From: Minisyncoccota bacterium
GTDB taxonomy: Bacteria > Patescibacteriota > Microgenomatia > UBA1400 > PJMF01
Direction: 5' to 3'
NCBI GenBank assembly: GCA_009991965.1
Contig: JAACWQ010000007.1
Coordinates: forward strand, 1 to 60,075
DNA length: 60,075 nucleotides
Shown: positions 47,252 to 57,700 of the stretch, in pieces
Position numbering within the stretch: position 1 is the stretch's first letter
Layout: each line of letters opens with the position of its first letter
The notes under the pieces: model-generated
Databases searched by the model: none
Told to the model about the DNA's origin: nothing
What the model saw: the letters and a program-made list of their open reading frames with translations, nothing else
Made by a program: the position numbers and the translations under genes

Positions 47252-50200
47252 ATGGTGCCACAAGAATCAGACATAAGCTCGCAAGAGCCAAAAAAAGAAG
47301 AGAAACTTTCTGGTGTTCGGGTCGCCGATCAATTAGAAGCGGCAATTAATGCAAAACATCGCGATCAAGTTGTAGCACTATTGGCACAGATTCCTGACGA
47401 CGATGCTGTTCAAGAATTAGCTGATGATTACCTGATTTATACAAGATTGACTGAATTGGCTGGCCTGGCCTCAGATTTTTTGGCGAGAAACATAGAGGCC
47501 GTATCCGAAGCTACGTCAGAGGTAGATTCATCAAATTTTGACCAAGATCGTCGGACACTAAATACGATATTGCATGAGGCTCAAATGGGAGCAATTACGA
47601 GTAGAGCAGATGCTCAATTTGCGATCAGAACCAGATTGATCGGAGATTTTGCTAATTTTTCGCCAGAAGAACAAGACGAAATAACCGGCTTGACCTCTAA
47701 AATACTCGCTCTTTTTCCCGTTGGTGTGGGAGTTTCTCAGGAGCCTCCAAGAGCTAGGGCGGAAAACTCATTTACTGACCAGACTCAAGCTGTTAGGAAT
47801 GCTATTGCAGCCACAGATCTAGATGCGGCATGGAATATTTTGCAGCCACTCATTGTAGGTCGTTTTGCAGTTGAGGTAAGTCCTACCGAGCGAAATGATG
47901 TTGCGCGACTCGCAGTTAAGATTTTTACTGCCAACATTGAACAATTAAGGCAATTAATTGCCGATCATGGTATTTCAGATGTAGTAACACAAGCTGTTCG
48001 AGCACTTGAGGCTAGAGTGCGCGCGAATCGCAACTTGTTTGTAAATCCTGCCGAAGCACAAGTTCTTTTGAGCACAATTGATGAGCTGCTTGATCAAGCT
48101 TTGGAAGAAGAGGTGGTTCCTGACGTAGCAGAAGATCGGGAGTCCTCAAGACAACGACTGTTGCAGGAATTTAATGAGGCTACTGAACAATTGCGAGAGC
48201 TGCTTAATAGAGCTGAGGCAATAAACAAAGAAACTGATGAGCTGCTTGAAAGTGATATTCAGGCTATGATCGATGAAACTTCTAGAGAAAGACGGATTTT
48301 AAATGCACCTGATTTTGAAAGATATTCTGGTTTGTTTGAATCAGAAATTAAGGTATTAGAGAGACGTTTGGCGAACATAACCCCACTTTTAGGTGAATAC
48401 AAAGATTTTTACAGGGTTGAGCAGTTGCGTTATATGCCAATAGAGCAACTAGCAAGACTGAGTAAGTCTAGAAATGCAGACCCATTTCTTTTTAGCAATA
48501 TTCGAGAATCAAATATGGATCCATATGATAAGGCGATAGCATTGGCAGCGCAAAATAGACTACTTGGTTCTTGGAGGGAAGGAGATTCTCCGGCAGAAAA
48601 TAGAGAGCGAGAGACATGGAAAGTTTGGTTGCAATATAAATATATGGAAGCAAAGTTGCAAAATGAGGCCGAAAAAGCTTCGTCAAAAAGAAGAACAATT
48701 GTTGATTCAAAAGACAAGACTAGCGCGCTAGAAGATGCTCTCAACTCACATGTGGTTTCAAGAGACGAGGTTATGAGAGTTATGGCTCATGATGTTCGAT
48801 GGGGTAATGATTTTAAGATATTAATAGCTGCCGCAATTGCGCAGGCAGGTTTGCGCGATGTTCCTCCAGGACATGTACGTTCACGATATCCATCACCAGC
48901 AGACACTGAGCGTAGGTTGCGTGACGAAGGCATTAGGCGCGAACCTATCATGACAAGTGAGGGGCAGATGGTGTTGGTAGATGGAAGAATTTACAAATAT
49001 TCTTCTGCAATGTCTTATGAGTCTCTTGCTGATGAGCAAAGTGGCAGAGCTGCCTTAGATAGATTTTTTCGAAATTTTATTATAGCTAATGCGCAAGATT
49101 CTCAGGAAGTAAGAAGACATGCTCACCCAATGGCTATTGAATTTGCAAATTTAGCATATATTACACACTCCCTCTTGGACGATTCGTTTTTAGAACTACA
49201 AGCTGCAACAAAGACAAGAGCTCACAATGCAATGGCTAGCGAGCCTGATACCCTAAGTATAAATAAATGTTTGGCAATTTCTCCTCACAGAGTTGCTCGA
49301 TATGCTCGCCCAAAAGATTGGTCACAGCTAATTTTTCCATATTTTGATCTTGAAAACATGCCAAGTTATTACTTTGAATCCGATGATGTTAAGCACCAAA
49401 TTTTACACACAGTGCACTTATTTGAAATCACTCAAAAAGTGCTATTTGATACAGATCAGTTTTTCCACGTACTGCCTTTCCCAAAATACCTAGAGCTGTT
49501 ATTTCCTAGTGTTAGGTCACTTGTTGAAATGCAGAAGGGAGAAACTATGTGGGTTTCAGCTTCGGAAGTGAGCGAAAATGAAACTGATCAGTGGTTGGTT
49601 GATCATAACAATAACTTGCTTGCTGTCCAAGACAGCGAAGGTAGTGTGTGGTCTCCAAATGATGCTAGAAATGATCGAGGCAGTGATTTTTTGGGCAGGT
49701 TTGAAAACCCACGTTCACTGAGAACTACTACGCTTAATTCAGCGGATGAGATCTCATACGGTCGCTTTATTTTGCCGAATCGAAACTCAGTAGACACCAG
49801 TACTGCAAAAGTGACATTTGAAAACAGAAGTTTTGGAGTAGTTGGCAAGCCCAAAGGTAAGGATTTGTATTTTATAGCAGAGAAAGGGTTTGAAAGGGTT
49901 CTTGAGTTGACCTTTGGCTCTCTTCCCGCAGAATTGAGTTATAGGGATATATTAGAAAGTTTTGGTGCTGGAAAGGCGGGGTTGCTCAACGAGTGTTTGT
50001 CTGCATGGGGTATGGCAAAGGTGTTCCCTTGGGAGAACTTAGACAGATTGTTGGCGCCATTGCTGGGTCATTATCTCATGAGACTTATTGCGGCATTCGA
50101 AAAGGAAATGCCGCGAGACAGAGTAGAGCTGGTAAAGGGCATATTCAGCCAACTAGGAAGAGCGTCAACGTATGGGGGTTTGGGTTATGAGAACTTAAGA

Positions 50201-50620
50201 TTGCAGGTCGATGGTGTTTTGCGAATGTTGGAAGAAGATCAAAATCATATCCAACCAATAAATCAGTTTAAAAATGTAACGGTTACTACCTGGGGCCCAT
50301 ATGGAATTACTGGCGACAAGACAATTAATCTTGCCCCATCTGTTAATTTTTACGAGAATCATCGAGAGAAAGAGCTTCATCAGGCAATAACGGAAATTTT
50401 TGTTGAAGAGCATCCAAGTAAGCCAATTCCACCCATATCTACTGCCGTTGGAGTGTCAATAAAACAAGGAATTTGGAGATTGGGTGAAAAGCTGAAATAT
50501 CAACCGCTAGATAAAGATCAGGAGCATCTTATTGCACAAGCAAAATGGGAGGCTTCAATTGCGCCGCAGATAGATAGGAATGTTGAGATAGTTGACAAAA
50601 AAGCCGGAAAAGAGTCTTAA
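47252..50620 (+). CDS. Large orphan hypothetical protein (about 1122 aa, helical/coiled-coil)
   Basis: Long ORF with TATAAT at 47236-47241; no recognised motif. Confidence 0.75.
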   Translation: MVPQESDISSQEPKKEEKLSGVRVADQLEAAINAKHRDQVVALLAQIPDDDAVQELADDYLIYTRLTELAGLASDFLARNIEAVSEATSEVDSSNFDQDRRTLNTILHEAQMGAITSRADAQFAIRTRLIGDFANFSPEEQDEITGLTSKILALFPVGVGVSQEPPRARAENSFTDQTQAVRNAIAATDLDAAWNILQPLIVGRFAVEVSPTERNDVARLAVKIFTANIEQLRQLIADHGISDVVTQAVRALEARVRANRNLFVNPAEAQVLLSTIDELLDQALEEEVVPDVAEDRESSRQRLLQEFNEATEQLRELLNRAEAINKETDELLESDIQAMIDETSRERRILNAPDFERYSGLFESEIKVLERRLANITPLLGEYKDFYRVEQLRYMPIEQLARLSKSRNADPFLFSNIRESNMDPYDKAIALAAQNRLLGSWREGDSPAENRERETWKVWLQYKYMEAKLQNEAEKASSKRRTIVDSKDKTSALEDALNSHVVSRDEVMRVMAHDVRWGNDFKILIAAAIAQAGLRDVPPGHVRSRYPSPADTERRLRDEGIRREPIMTSEGQMVLVDGRIYKYSSAMSYESLADEQSGRAALDRFFRNFIIANAQDSQEVRRHAHPMAIEFANLAYITHSLLDDSFLELQAATKTRAHNAMASEPDTLSINKCLAISPHRVARYARPKDWSQLIFPYFDLENMPSYYFESDDVKHQILHTVHLFEITQKVLFDTDQFFHVLPFPKYLELLFPSVRSLVEMQKGETMWVSASEVSENETDQWLVDHNNNLLAVQDSEGSVWSPNDARNDRGSDFLGRFENPRSLRTTTLNSADEISYGRFILPNRNSVDTSTAKVTFENRSFGVVGKPKGKDLYFIAEKGFERVLELTFGSLPAELSYRDILESFGAGKAGLLNECLSAWGMAKVFPWENLDRLLAPLLGHYLMRLIAAFEKEMPRDRVELVKGIFSQLGRASTYGGLGYENLRLQVDGVLRMLEEDQNHIQPINQFKNVTVTTWGPYGITGDKTINLAPSVNFYENHREKELHQAITEIFVEEHPSKPIPPISTAVGVSIKQGIWRLGEKLKYQPLDKDQEHLIAQAKWEASIAPQIDRNVEIVDKKAGKES

Positions 50621-50630
50621 TAAAATCGTT

Positions 50631-52310
50631 TTAGCTTGGTTGTCTGTTTCGTTTTTTTGCTGCGCTAACTTTGGCATGTTCATCACCACCAGATTTTTGA
50701 CCTTCAAGTATTTTGCTGAGAAGAATAGTGGGATCTTCAGCATCGAGGAATCTACCATCTTTGATACGATCTATCTGCTTTCGAATATTAAGGCCAAGTT
50801 GAGCACCAGATTTAAGACCAGGAGCCATTCCACCATAGGTCGTTCCATCTACATCAGCACCACTTCTAATTGATTTGAGCAGTTTTGTGCCTCTGTGACC
50901 TGCATTCCATCCCATTCTACCAGCATAATATCCGCCTGCCAGAGAATTTACTCCACCAGTTGCAACGGGAATCATATTTTCAGTCTTATTGAGTGCAGAG
51001 CCAATATTCTTTCCTGCCCACCCAGCAATCTGTTCGCCCAAGCCAGCCTTGGCACCCAATGTTTCTTTAATTTTCTTTACGACTTCGGGTAGTGCGAGTA
51101 GTAAAGCAAACCCGAGTAGCGGACTTGCTACCCCAGACACACCATTGCCGACCAAAAATGGTGGCATAAATCCACCCGATTTTACGGTAGCACCAGCAGC
51201 TCCAGCTTTGGTAAATTCATAAAAAAGTACGGTAACGAGTAGCACGGCGGGGAAGGCTGCAAGGTTGCCAATCATGCTTTTTATCCAGCCACTGAAAACA
51301 TTTTTACCTGGAATGGCTCCAATCATAAGTACAACGGGAGCAGTGACGACACCAACAATAATACTGGCATACGATTTCAGTAATTCAAAAAATAAGCGAA
51401 AAACCGCGATAACGATAGCAACTGCTAGTACAAGCGAGAGTGTAAGGCCAGAGATAATGGCAAGCAGGCCAGTGACGGAGTTTTCGACTCCTGCCATAGC
51501 CGTAATTAGTCCATTTACCAAATCTGTCGTTTCGCCGAGCTTTGATCCTATTGATTTTAGAAACGTCCCGCCCAACTGGAAAATATTCATGGTAATAAGC
51601 GTGGAGGAAGTACCCGCAGTATTTACATCTGCAAATATCCCGATAATCATATACATCGACAAATACATCATGTCTATCAAAAAGCCAGAAATGGCATACG
51701 AAAAAGTCACAAGAATCAGGCTGATCAAAATAGAAGGAATTGCTTGTTGGGCAGTGATGGCAGCTTGGCCACCAATTTTGGCGCGAAACATAATCATAAA
51801 GCCGATGACGATAAATAGAATAATAAAGAAAAAGTAGGAGATATTGCGGAATTTTTTCCAAAGCTCCAGGACTGGGTCGAGCGCAGCAAAGCCAAGACCT
51901 TGCGCTTGCGCTGGCGCAATACCAGCGGAGCGGGAGACGTCGGCCAAAAATCGATTCGTTCGGGCTGGCGGATAGGCATACATGCCTGCGATGAGGTTGG
52001 TCATGTTGCCAACCAGACTAGTGCTTTTTGCTAGCTGCTTGTTACTACCAACATAGGAGCCTTGTGTACCTGTGTCTAGACCTTCAGTTTTTTTTGAACC
52101 AACAATGTCGAGCACCCACTCCATAGCTACAAACCGAGTAGTGTTTTTGACCAAACATTCGAGCGAAGGGCTGTCGCAGTTTTCGACAGCTGTTTTGTAG
52201 GCGTCGTATTCCTCTTGGGGGACGGTGTAATTGTAGTCGTTTTGAGCAAAAACGGGTCGTGCCGAGAGAATCAACAAAAATAAAACGGTAGTGAGAACCC
52301 GCTTGAGCAT
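50631..52310 (-). CDS. VirB6/TrbL-like multi-pass membrane protein
   Basis: Signal peptide, W..FRNISY.FFI..F..IGFMIMFR, LVTFSYAISG.LID and several TM segments; T4SS-like context. Confidence 0.6.
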   Translation of the reverse strand: MLKRVLTTVLFLLILSARPVFAQNDYNYTVPQEEYDAYKTAVENCDSPSLECLVKNTTRFVAMEWVLDIVGSKKTEGLDTGTQGSYVGSNKQLAKSTSLVGNMTNLIAGMYAYPPARTNRFLADVSRSAGIAPAQAQGLGFAALDPVLELWKKFRNISYFFFIILFIVIGFMIMFRAKIGGQAAITAQQAIPSILISLILVTFSYAISGFLIDMMYLSMYMIIGIFADVNTAGTSSTLITMNIFQLGGTFLKSIGSKLGETTDLVNGLITAMAGVENSVTGLLAIISGLTLSLVLAVAIVIAVFRLFFELLKSYASIIVGVVTAPVVLMIGAIPGKNVFSGWIKSMIGNLAAFPAVLLVTVLFYEFTKAGAAGATVKSGGFMPPFLVGNGVSGVASPLLGFALLLALPEVVKKIKETLGAKAGLGEQIAGWAGKNIGSALNKTENMIPVATGGVNSLAGGYYAGRMGWNAGHRGTKLLKSIRSGADVDGTTYGGMAPGLKSGAQLGLNIRKQIDRIKDGRFLDAEDPTILLSKILEGQKSGGDEHAKVSAAKKRNRQPS

Positions 52311-52421
52311 TCCGTTATTATAACAGGAGAGAGAGGCGAGGGAGAATGGGAGGATTCGTAGATTCAGTGTCTTGTACATACAATGTGTTGACATATGACA
52401 ATTATTCTGTAAGATAAGAGT

Positions 52422-52706
52422 ATGAAAACACAGAAATCGCCTGCTGCAAAAAGCACTCACATCAATATTCGGATAGCACCAGTTCAGCGAGACCTGATCG
52501 ATCAGGCTGCTCAAGTACGGGGCAAAACACGTTCGGAATTTATTCTAGATGTGGCGGCTCGAGAAGCAGAGAATACGTTGTTAGATCAGCAGTTATTTTT
52601 ATTAGACGACACAAAGTGGGAGGCGTTTGCTGCAATTCTTGATGCTCCTGTCCGTCAACCAAAAACTCTACAGACATTGCTAGCTACTCCAGCTCCATGG
52701 GATTGA
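52422..52706 (+). CDS. DUF1778 RHH antitoxin (TacA/AtaR-like)
   Basis: INIR...RDLIDQAA...GKTRSEF..A...A...L...F...LD.P. Confidence 0.88.
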   Translation: MKTQKSPAAKSTHINIRIAPVQRDLIDQAAQVRGKTRSEFILDVAAREAENTLLDQQLFLLDDTKWEAFAAILDAPVRQPKTLQTLLATPAPWD

Positions 52707-53209
52707 GACCAACCCCACTCACCAGATCACATGATTTGTCAGATTTTTCCTCTAGTGAACCAGAGCTGGACGATTGGTTGAGGCGTAGAGCACTACAAAA
52801 TCAACTTTCTGGCGCCTCTCGCACCTATGTTGTAGTAGTTAAAAATAAAGTAGTTGCCTACTATGCGTTGGCAAGCGGTTCTGTTATGCCGCAAGAAGCT
52901 CCAGGTCGGATTCGACGTAATATGCCCGATCCGATTCCAGTGGTAATTTTAGGTAGATTGGCTGTTACAGAGGCATGGCAAGGCAAAGGACTTGGCAAGG
53001 CATTGCTTCGAGACGCCATTTTACGCACTCTGCAGGTAGCAGAAAAGATTGGTATCAGAGCTATTTTAGTTCATGCTTTGCACGAACAAGCTGCCGCTTT
53101 TTATCAGCATCTTGGCTTTTTACCATCACCGATGAGTAAAACTATTCTGGTTCTCTCCCTCAAAGATGCTCAAGCAATCTGTAGACACTTCCCCGTTGAT
53201 ACACTCTGA
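52697..53209 (+). CDS. GNAT acetyltransferase toxin (TacT/AtaT-like)
   Basis: F.S....LD.WL.RRA, RNMPDPIPVVILGRLAV, QGKGLG, ILVHA...A..FY. Confidence 0.9.
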   Translation: MGLRPTPLTRSHDLSDFSSSEPELDDWLRRRALQNQLSGASRTYVVVVKNKVVAYYALASGSVMPQEAPGRIRRNMPDPIPVVILGRLAVTEAWQGKGLGKALLRDAILRTLQVAEKIGIRAILVHALHEQAAAFYQHLGFLPSPMSKTILVLSLKDAQAICRHFPVDTL

Positions 53210-53236
53210 ATTACATGGTATACCACTGATATAGTT

Positions 53237-54064
53237 ATGATAGATGCTGCTAAATTAACACAATTGACCGATCTGATCGCCCAAGCCAAATCTATTTTTG
53301 TTATTTTCCCTGCTACTGCATCGCCGGACAATCGCGCTGCTGCCGAGGCACTTGCGGCAAGTTTATCTCAAGCAGGCAAAGACATTCGATTATTGTCGCC
53401 CCGTACTCCAGAGTCATCTCGCTATCCGGAGTCGAGCGAAGTTGCGGTTACCACAGAGCTTGGCAATCAAAATTTGGTGCTCAGTTTTTCGTATGAGCCA
53501 GAGCAGGTGGACAATGTGAATTACCATATTGGCGAAGAAACGGGACGTTTTTACTTGACTATTAAGCCGCAGAAAGGCCAAAAACCGCTTGATCCTGCTT
53601 CGGTTGAGTTTTCCTACACTGGGGCAGAGGCCGACCTCATTTTTGCCGTTGGCGTCAAGGAACTTGCAGAACTCGAGCAGCTCTACATGAGTTACGAAGA
53701 TGTTTATAGTAGTGTGCCGATTGTTTCGATCACAAACTTTGAGCCACAATTTGCCACGCTGGCGATCAATGCCGGAAGTAGTCCTAGCTTGAGTCAAGAA
53801 GTAGCGCGACTGATTGCTGACCTCGGGTTTACGATTTCTCAAGACGCAGCTACTCAATTATTGTATGGAATTGAAATGGTGACCCAAGGGCTTGCTTCTC
53901 GCAGTGTTACGGCTGAGACGTTTGAAACTGTCGGGCAGTTGCTGCGACAAGGCGCGCGCAGGATTGGGTTTGAGCAAAAATCGATTGAGGTCACCAAAGA
54001 AGTGAAATCAGCTAAAAATGAAACCACCTCGATCAAGAAGAGCATGCCGATAGCGCGCGGCTAA
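53237..54064 (+). CDS. Degenerate DHH-family phosphoesterase-like protein
   Basis: NrnA-like layout, but the catalytic DxD/DHH residues are replaced (SPDNRAAA, ITNF). Confidence 0.6.
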   Translation: MIDAAKLTQLTDLIAQAKSIFVIFPATASPDNRAAAEALAASLSQAGKDIRLLSPRTPESSRYPESSEVAVTTELGNQNLVLSFSYEPEQVDNVNYHIGEETGRFYLTIKPQKGQKPLDPASVEFSYTGAEADLIFAVGVKELAELEQLYMSYEDVYSSVPIVSITNFEPQFATLAINAGSSPSLSQEVARLIADLGFTISQDAATQLLYGIEMVTQGLASRSVTAETFETVGQLLRQGARRIGFEQKSIEVTKEVKSAKNETTSIKKSMPIARG

Positions 54065-54135
54065 ATTATAGTGTCCAGTTACTTTTTTGACCCTCATTTC
54101 TTTCTATTGACAAAATGTTCATTTTAAAGAACAAT

Positions 54136-54453
54136 ATGTTGGTGAGGAAGAAAATTGTTGTTGCCAAATCAGCGCAAAAAGAATTTAAAAAATTATCACA
54201 AAATGTCCGTGCAAAGATAGATGCTCGAGCACAAATCTTAGCAAGGGATGGAAAACTAACTGAGCCATATGGTAAGAAAATCGATGACAAACTATTTGAA
54301 ATGAGATTGAGAGTTGGTGGTCAGTGGCGAGTGTTGTATGCATATGTTTTTAACAACTACGTTGTGCTATTGACAGTTTTTTTGAAGAAAACTCAGAAAA
54401 CACCTACAAATGAATTACAAAAAGCTCGTAAGCGACTGGAGGAATACATATGA
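54136..54453 (+). CDS. RelE/HigB (Gp49-like) toxin
   Basis: PYGKKI...LFEMR....QWRVLY....LLTVFLKKTQKTP..EL..A..R. Start uncertain (54115, 54136 or 54142). Confidence 0.85.
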   Translation: MLVRKKIVVAKSAQKEFKKLSQNVRAKIDARAQILARDGKLTEPYGKKIDDKLFEMRLRVGGQWRVLYAYVFNNYVVLLTVFLKKTQKTPTNELQKARKRLEEYI

Positions 54454-54752
54454 AAAAAACTAGCATACAGCAGATGCAGATGAGTACAATTCCTTGGAAT
54501 GAGTTCAATATAGACTTTACCAATGAGCAACATAAAATTATTCAGAATGAAATTGCGTATTATGATGCACTACAATCCTTAAAAAAAACTAGAAAACAGC
54601 TTGGTTTAACACAAGCAGAGTTAGCAATTAGGGCAAGCATGCCGAGAACAACCATTACTAAGGTTGAGTCAGGAAGTTATAACCCAACACTTAGTACACT
54701 GATGACAATGGCTACTGCTTTGGGCAAACAACTGCGGATTACGCTAACATAG
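54450..54752 (+). CDS. XRE-HTH antitoxin (HigA-like)
   Basis: RKQLGLTQAELA......ITKVESG..NPTLSTL..MA.ALG; ATGA overlap with the toxin gene. Confidence 0.88.
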   Translation: MKKTSIQQMQMSTIPWNEFNIDFTNEQHKIIQNEIAYYDALQSLKKTRKQLGLTQAELAIRASMPRTTITKVESGSYNPTLSTLMTMATALGKQLRITLT

Positions 54753-54768
54753 CGCGCGGCTAATTTAT

Positions 54769-57700
54769 TTAATAACACGCAGGATCAGGATAATTTGCAG
54801 GCGGTGTTTTTGCTGGCTGTCCCATTTCATCTCGCAGTTTTTTCCAGAGACTCCAGACGTATTTTGCTTGTGGAGTGTGGGCGTTCCAAATTTGACCATA
54901 TGAATTTTCACCACGAACGGCAAACGCAGAGGCAAAGGCATTTTGATTGTCTGGATATTTTTGTGCCCCGGTCCACAACACAAGCCGACAAGCAGCATCG
55001 GCAGCAGCAGGGATGTTGGTGGGCGAACTAAAGTCTACACCCAGACCAGACATATATTCTGGAGTAAAACTAGTTGGTTCGTGGTTGGCACATGCCGAAG
55101 CACCAGTGTTGTAGGGCGTAGTCCAAATACCCCAAGCGCCAGGGGTAAATTGCCAGACGCCGCGTGCTCCCGCACTACTTTCGGTAGTATTGTTGTATAC
55201 AGAACTTTCTGAATGAGCGACGGCCAGCGCGAGCAGGGGATCGCAGCCATATCTTTGCGATGCTGCTTGGATGCTATCCCAAATGGTTTGTGATGGTGGG
55301 GTGAAGGTCACCGTGCTGTTATTCCAGTATTGGATATCAAACTTTATATCTTTGCCAAATTTGGAAATACTACCAACGTCGGAGTTACTGACTTCATCGC
55401 AACCAACTTCTCTGATGGTATTGGGAAAGAGATTGTCGCAGCTCATGGCCTCATCTTTACCAAGGTATGGCAACTCAAATTTCCTACCAAAAATCTGTTC
55501 GTATAAGGCCAAACCTGGCAATTTATTTGTGCCTGATTCGTCATCAGGTTTGAATAATTCAGACCAGAGCTCTAGGTTGCCGGCTCCATTGAGTCCACCA
55601 CACGATGAGTTGAGCATGATGTCGTAACCTTTTCCGGCTACGCTGCAACCATAACTATCTGTTACGAATACATGATCAGCTCCATCTGGTCCGCCCGGCA
55701 TGTTTGAGTTGAAGGTAGCTTTTGCACAATACGATTTTCGACCATTCATGCCCACGCCAACAGGAATGATGGCTGCACTCCCTTGTGAAAAAGGATCGAT
55801 TGATGTGTTGCCATTTTTATCAGTCCAAACAGCGCCACGCGAAAGGCAGCCAAATGTATAGCTTGGAACAAAATAATACCCAGGTTTTACACGGAAACTT
55901 GCAATGACATTTGTCCAGTCTTTTGTTCCCGTGGCTGGTACAAGCTTTGATCCTCGCTTGTCCCAAGCTTCTGGCTTTATTACTTCTTCAATAGGCACGT
56001 CTGGCGGTAGATACCAAATTTGTCCTGCAGTGATGTCGTAAGGACCCACGCCACAGCGTGGCATAGCACCATTCTCTGTCTGGTATTGTCCTGGATTCAT
56101 TGTCACGATACTCCCAGTTGTTATCAGCGTGCCGCCATCGAGAATTCTAGTGACAAGCTCCAGGGTGTAGTCAGATGATTGATCAAGAAAATATGCCTCA
56201 CTCCCTTGATCAATTGGTTCACAATTTTCTGGTGGTACGCCAGTTCTGCAGATACGAAATGAAGTAGTCGTGGTGTTGGTGAGGGTAAGTTCTTTTGCGC
56301 CGCAATAGCTGAGTGATTTTTGTGGTTCTTTTTGCTGGAGTCCAGCACAACGATCAAGCAAAAATTCCTCGGTAGTTTTGCATGCTGCAAGGTAGGTTTG
56401 GACAGAGCTGGCTTCTTTAGCCAATGCTCGTTGGATAGCTCGCAAGTAGTATCCCAACTTGGCACCTAGGAATTGAATTTGTGGCAGCTTGGGTAGATCG
56501 ATGGTAGCTACAATCGCGCTCCAACAATCTTTGCCCTTGGTACGTACACATTTGCCTGGATCAAAAATAGTAAATGACTCAGTATTCTTGGTTAATTTGG
56601 TCGTGCCGCCAAATAGTTCAAAGCGTTTGTTTAGGTTGGGGTCTTGGTTGATCGTCTCAATTTGTTTGTCGGTCAAAAAACTGTTGATCAGAACATTCTC
56701 AACTTCTGCCAGCTCATAGCCTACAGGGTAGACCAAATAGGCTTTGAGTGAGGTAGAGTCAGACAAGAAAGTGCCATCTCGGGTAGAAATCTTATTGATG
56801 ATAAATTTGCTAATCAACTCTCGGGCAACTTTGTCAGTACTTGTACTTGCGAGCTGTAAAAACAATTGTGTGACAAGTTCTGAGCCAAATGTTTCTGGGA
56901 AAATTGCTCTGGGGTTTTGTTGTTGTGCTGCTGCTGGCTCATCAATGCTGAATGATTGATCGATGTCTTCAGGTCCGGCGCAATTAAGCTGCTTGCCGTC
57001 AATTTGGTCTTGGGCATTTACGATATCAGTTAGGGCTTTGACGAGTTGGTCGTTGCAGGCAATACTGCCAGTGCCATTGGGTGGTTGGCCATCGAGACAG
57101 TAAATGGGATTGCTTGGACCCTGACCCATCACAGCGGTGACGGTATTGGCTAAAGTTGACTTAAGTTCTGTTTTTCGGTCAGCTGCCAGAGCTTGCTGGT
57201 TGACGGTAAGTAGGGAATCTCTCGCGAGCATGGCACCATCAGCAAAAAAAGGATACGCTTTTGAGTTGGAACCAGAAAAAGCATTCACACTTGGTTTGTT
57301 GGTGATGACATCGGGGATTTTAAACGCCACGACCAGGACCTCATCTCTAGGAAGTGTGCCATGAGCAAAAAAACTAAATAACTTATTTGGTTCTGGTTTG
57401 AGCTCTTTGAGACTCAAGACCAGAAATGCCAGACGATATCCACTCTCAGTGGTGAGCGGCACTTGCGTCAGGTCAGTAAATACTTGTTTTTTTGCTGCAT
57501 CTGAACTCTGTTCTAATTCTTTACAAATGGCCGTCATATTTTTTTCTTGGCCACCAGCTGAGCGATACTCTGCTAAGAGTGATTTGACGGTGTGACTGGT
57601 ATTTGGGATGAGAAATTTATAGAGCGCACACGCATCTGGGTTGATGAGCTTGGTGCACATATCGTCTTGCGCCCAAAGGTTTTTTGCTCCCTCAGCACAG

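Larger units (their letters stand above)
54050..54768 (+). mobile_element. RelE-HTH TA cassette flanked by a 20-bp direct repeat
   Basis: ATAGCGCGCGGCTAAATTAT (54050-54069) and ATAGCGCGCGGCTAATTTAT (54749-54768); the interior is AT-rich. Confidence 0.75.
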
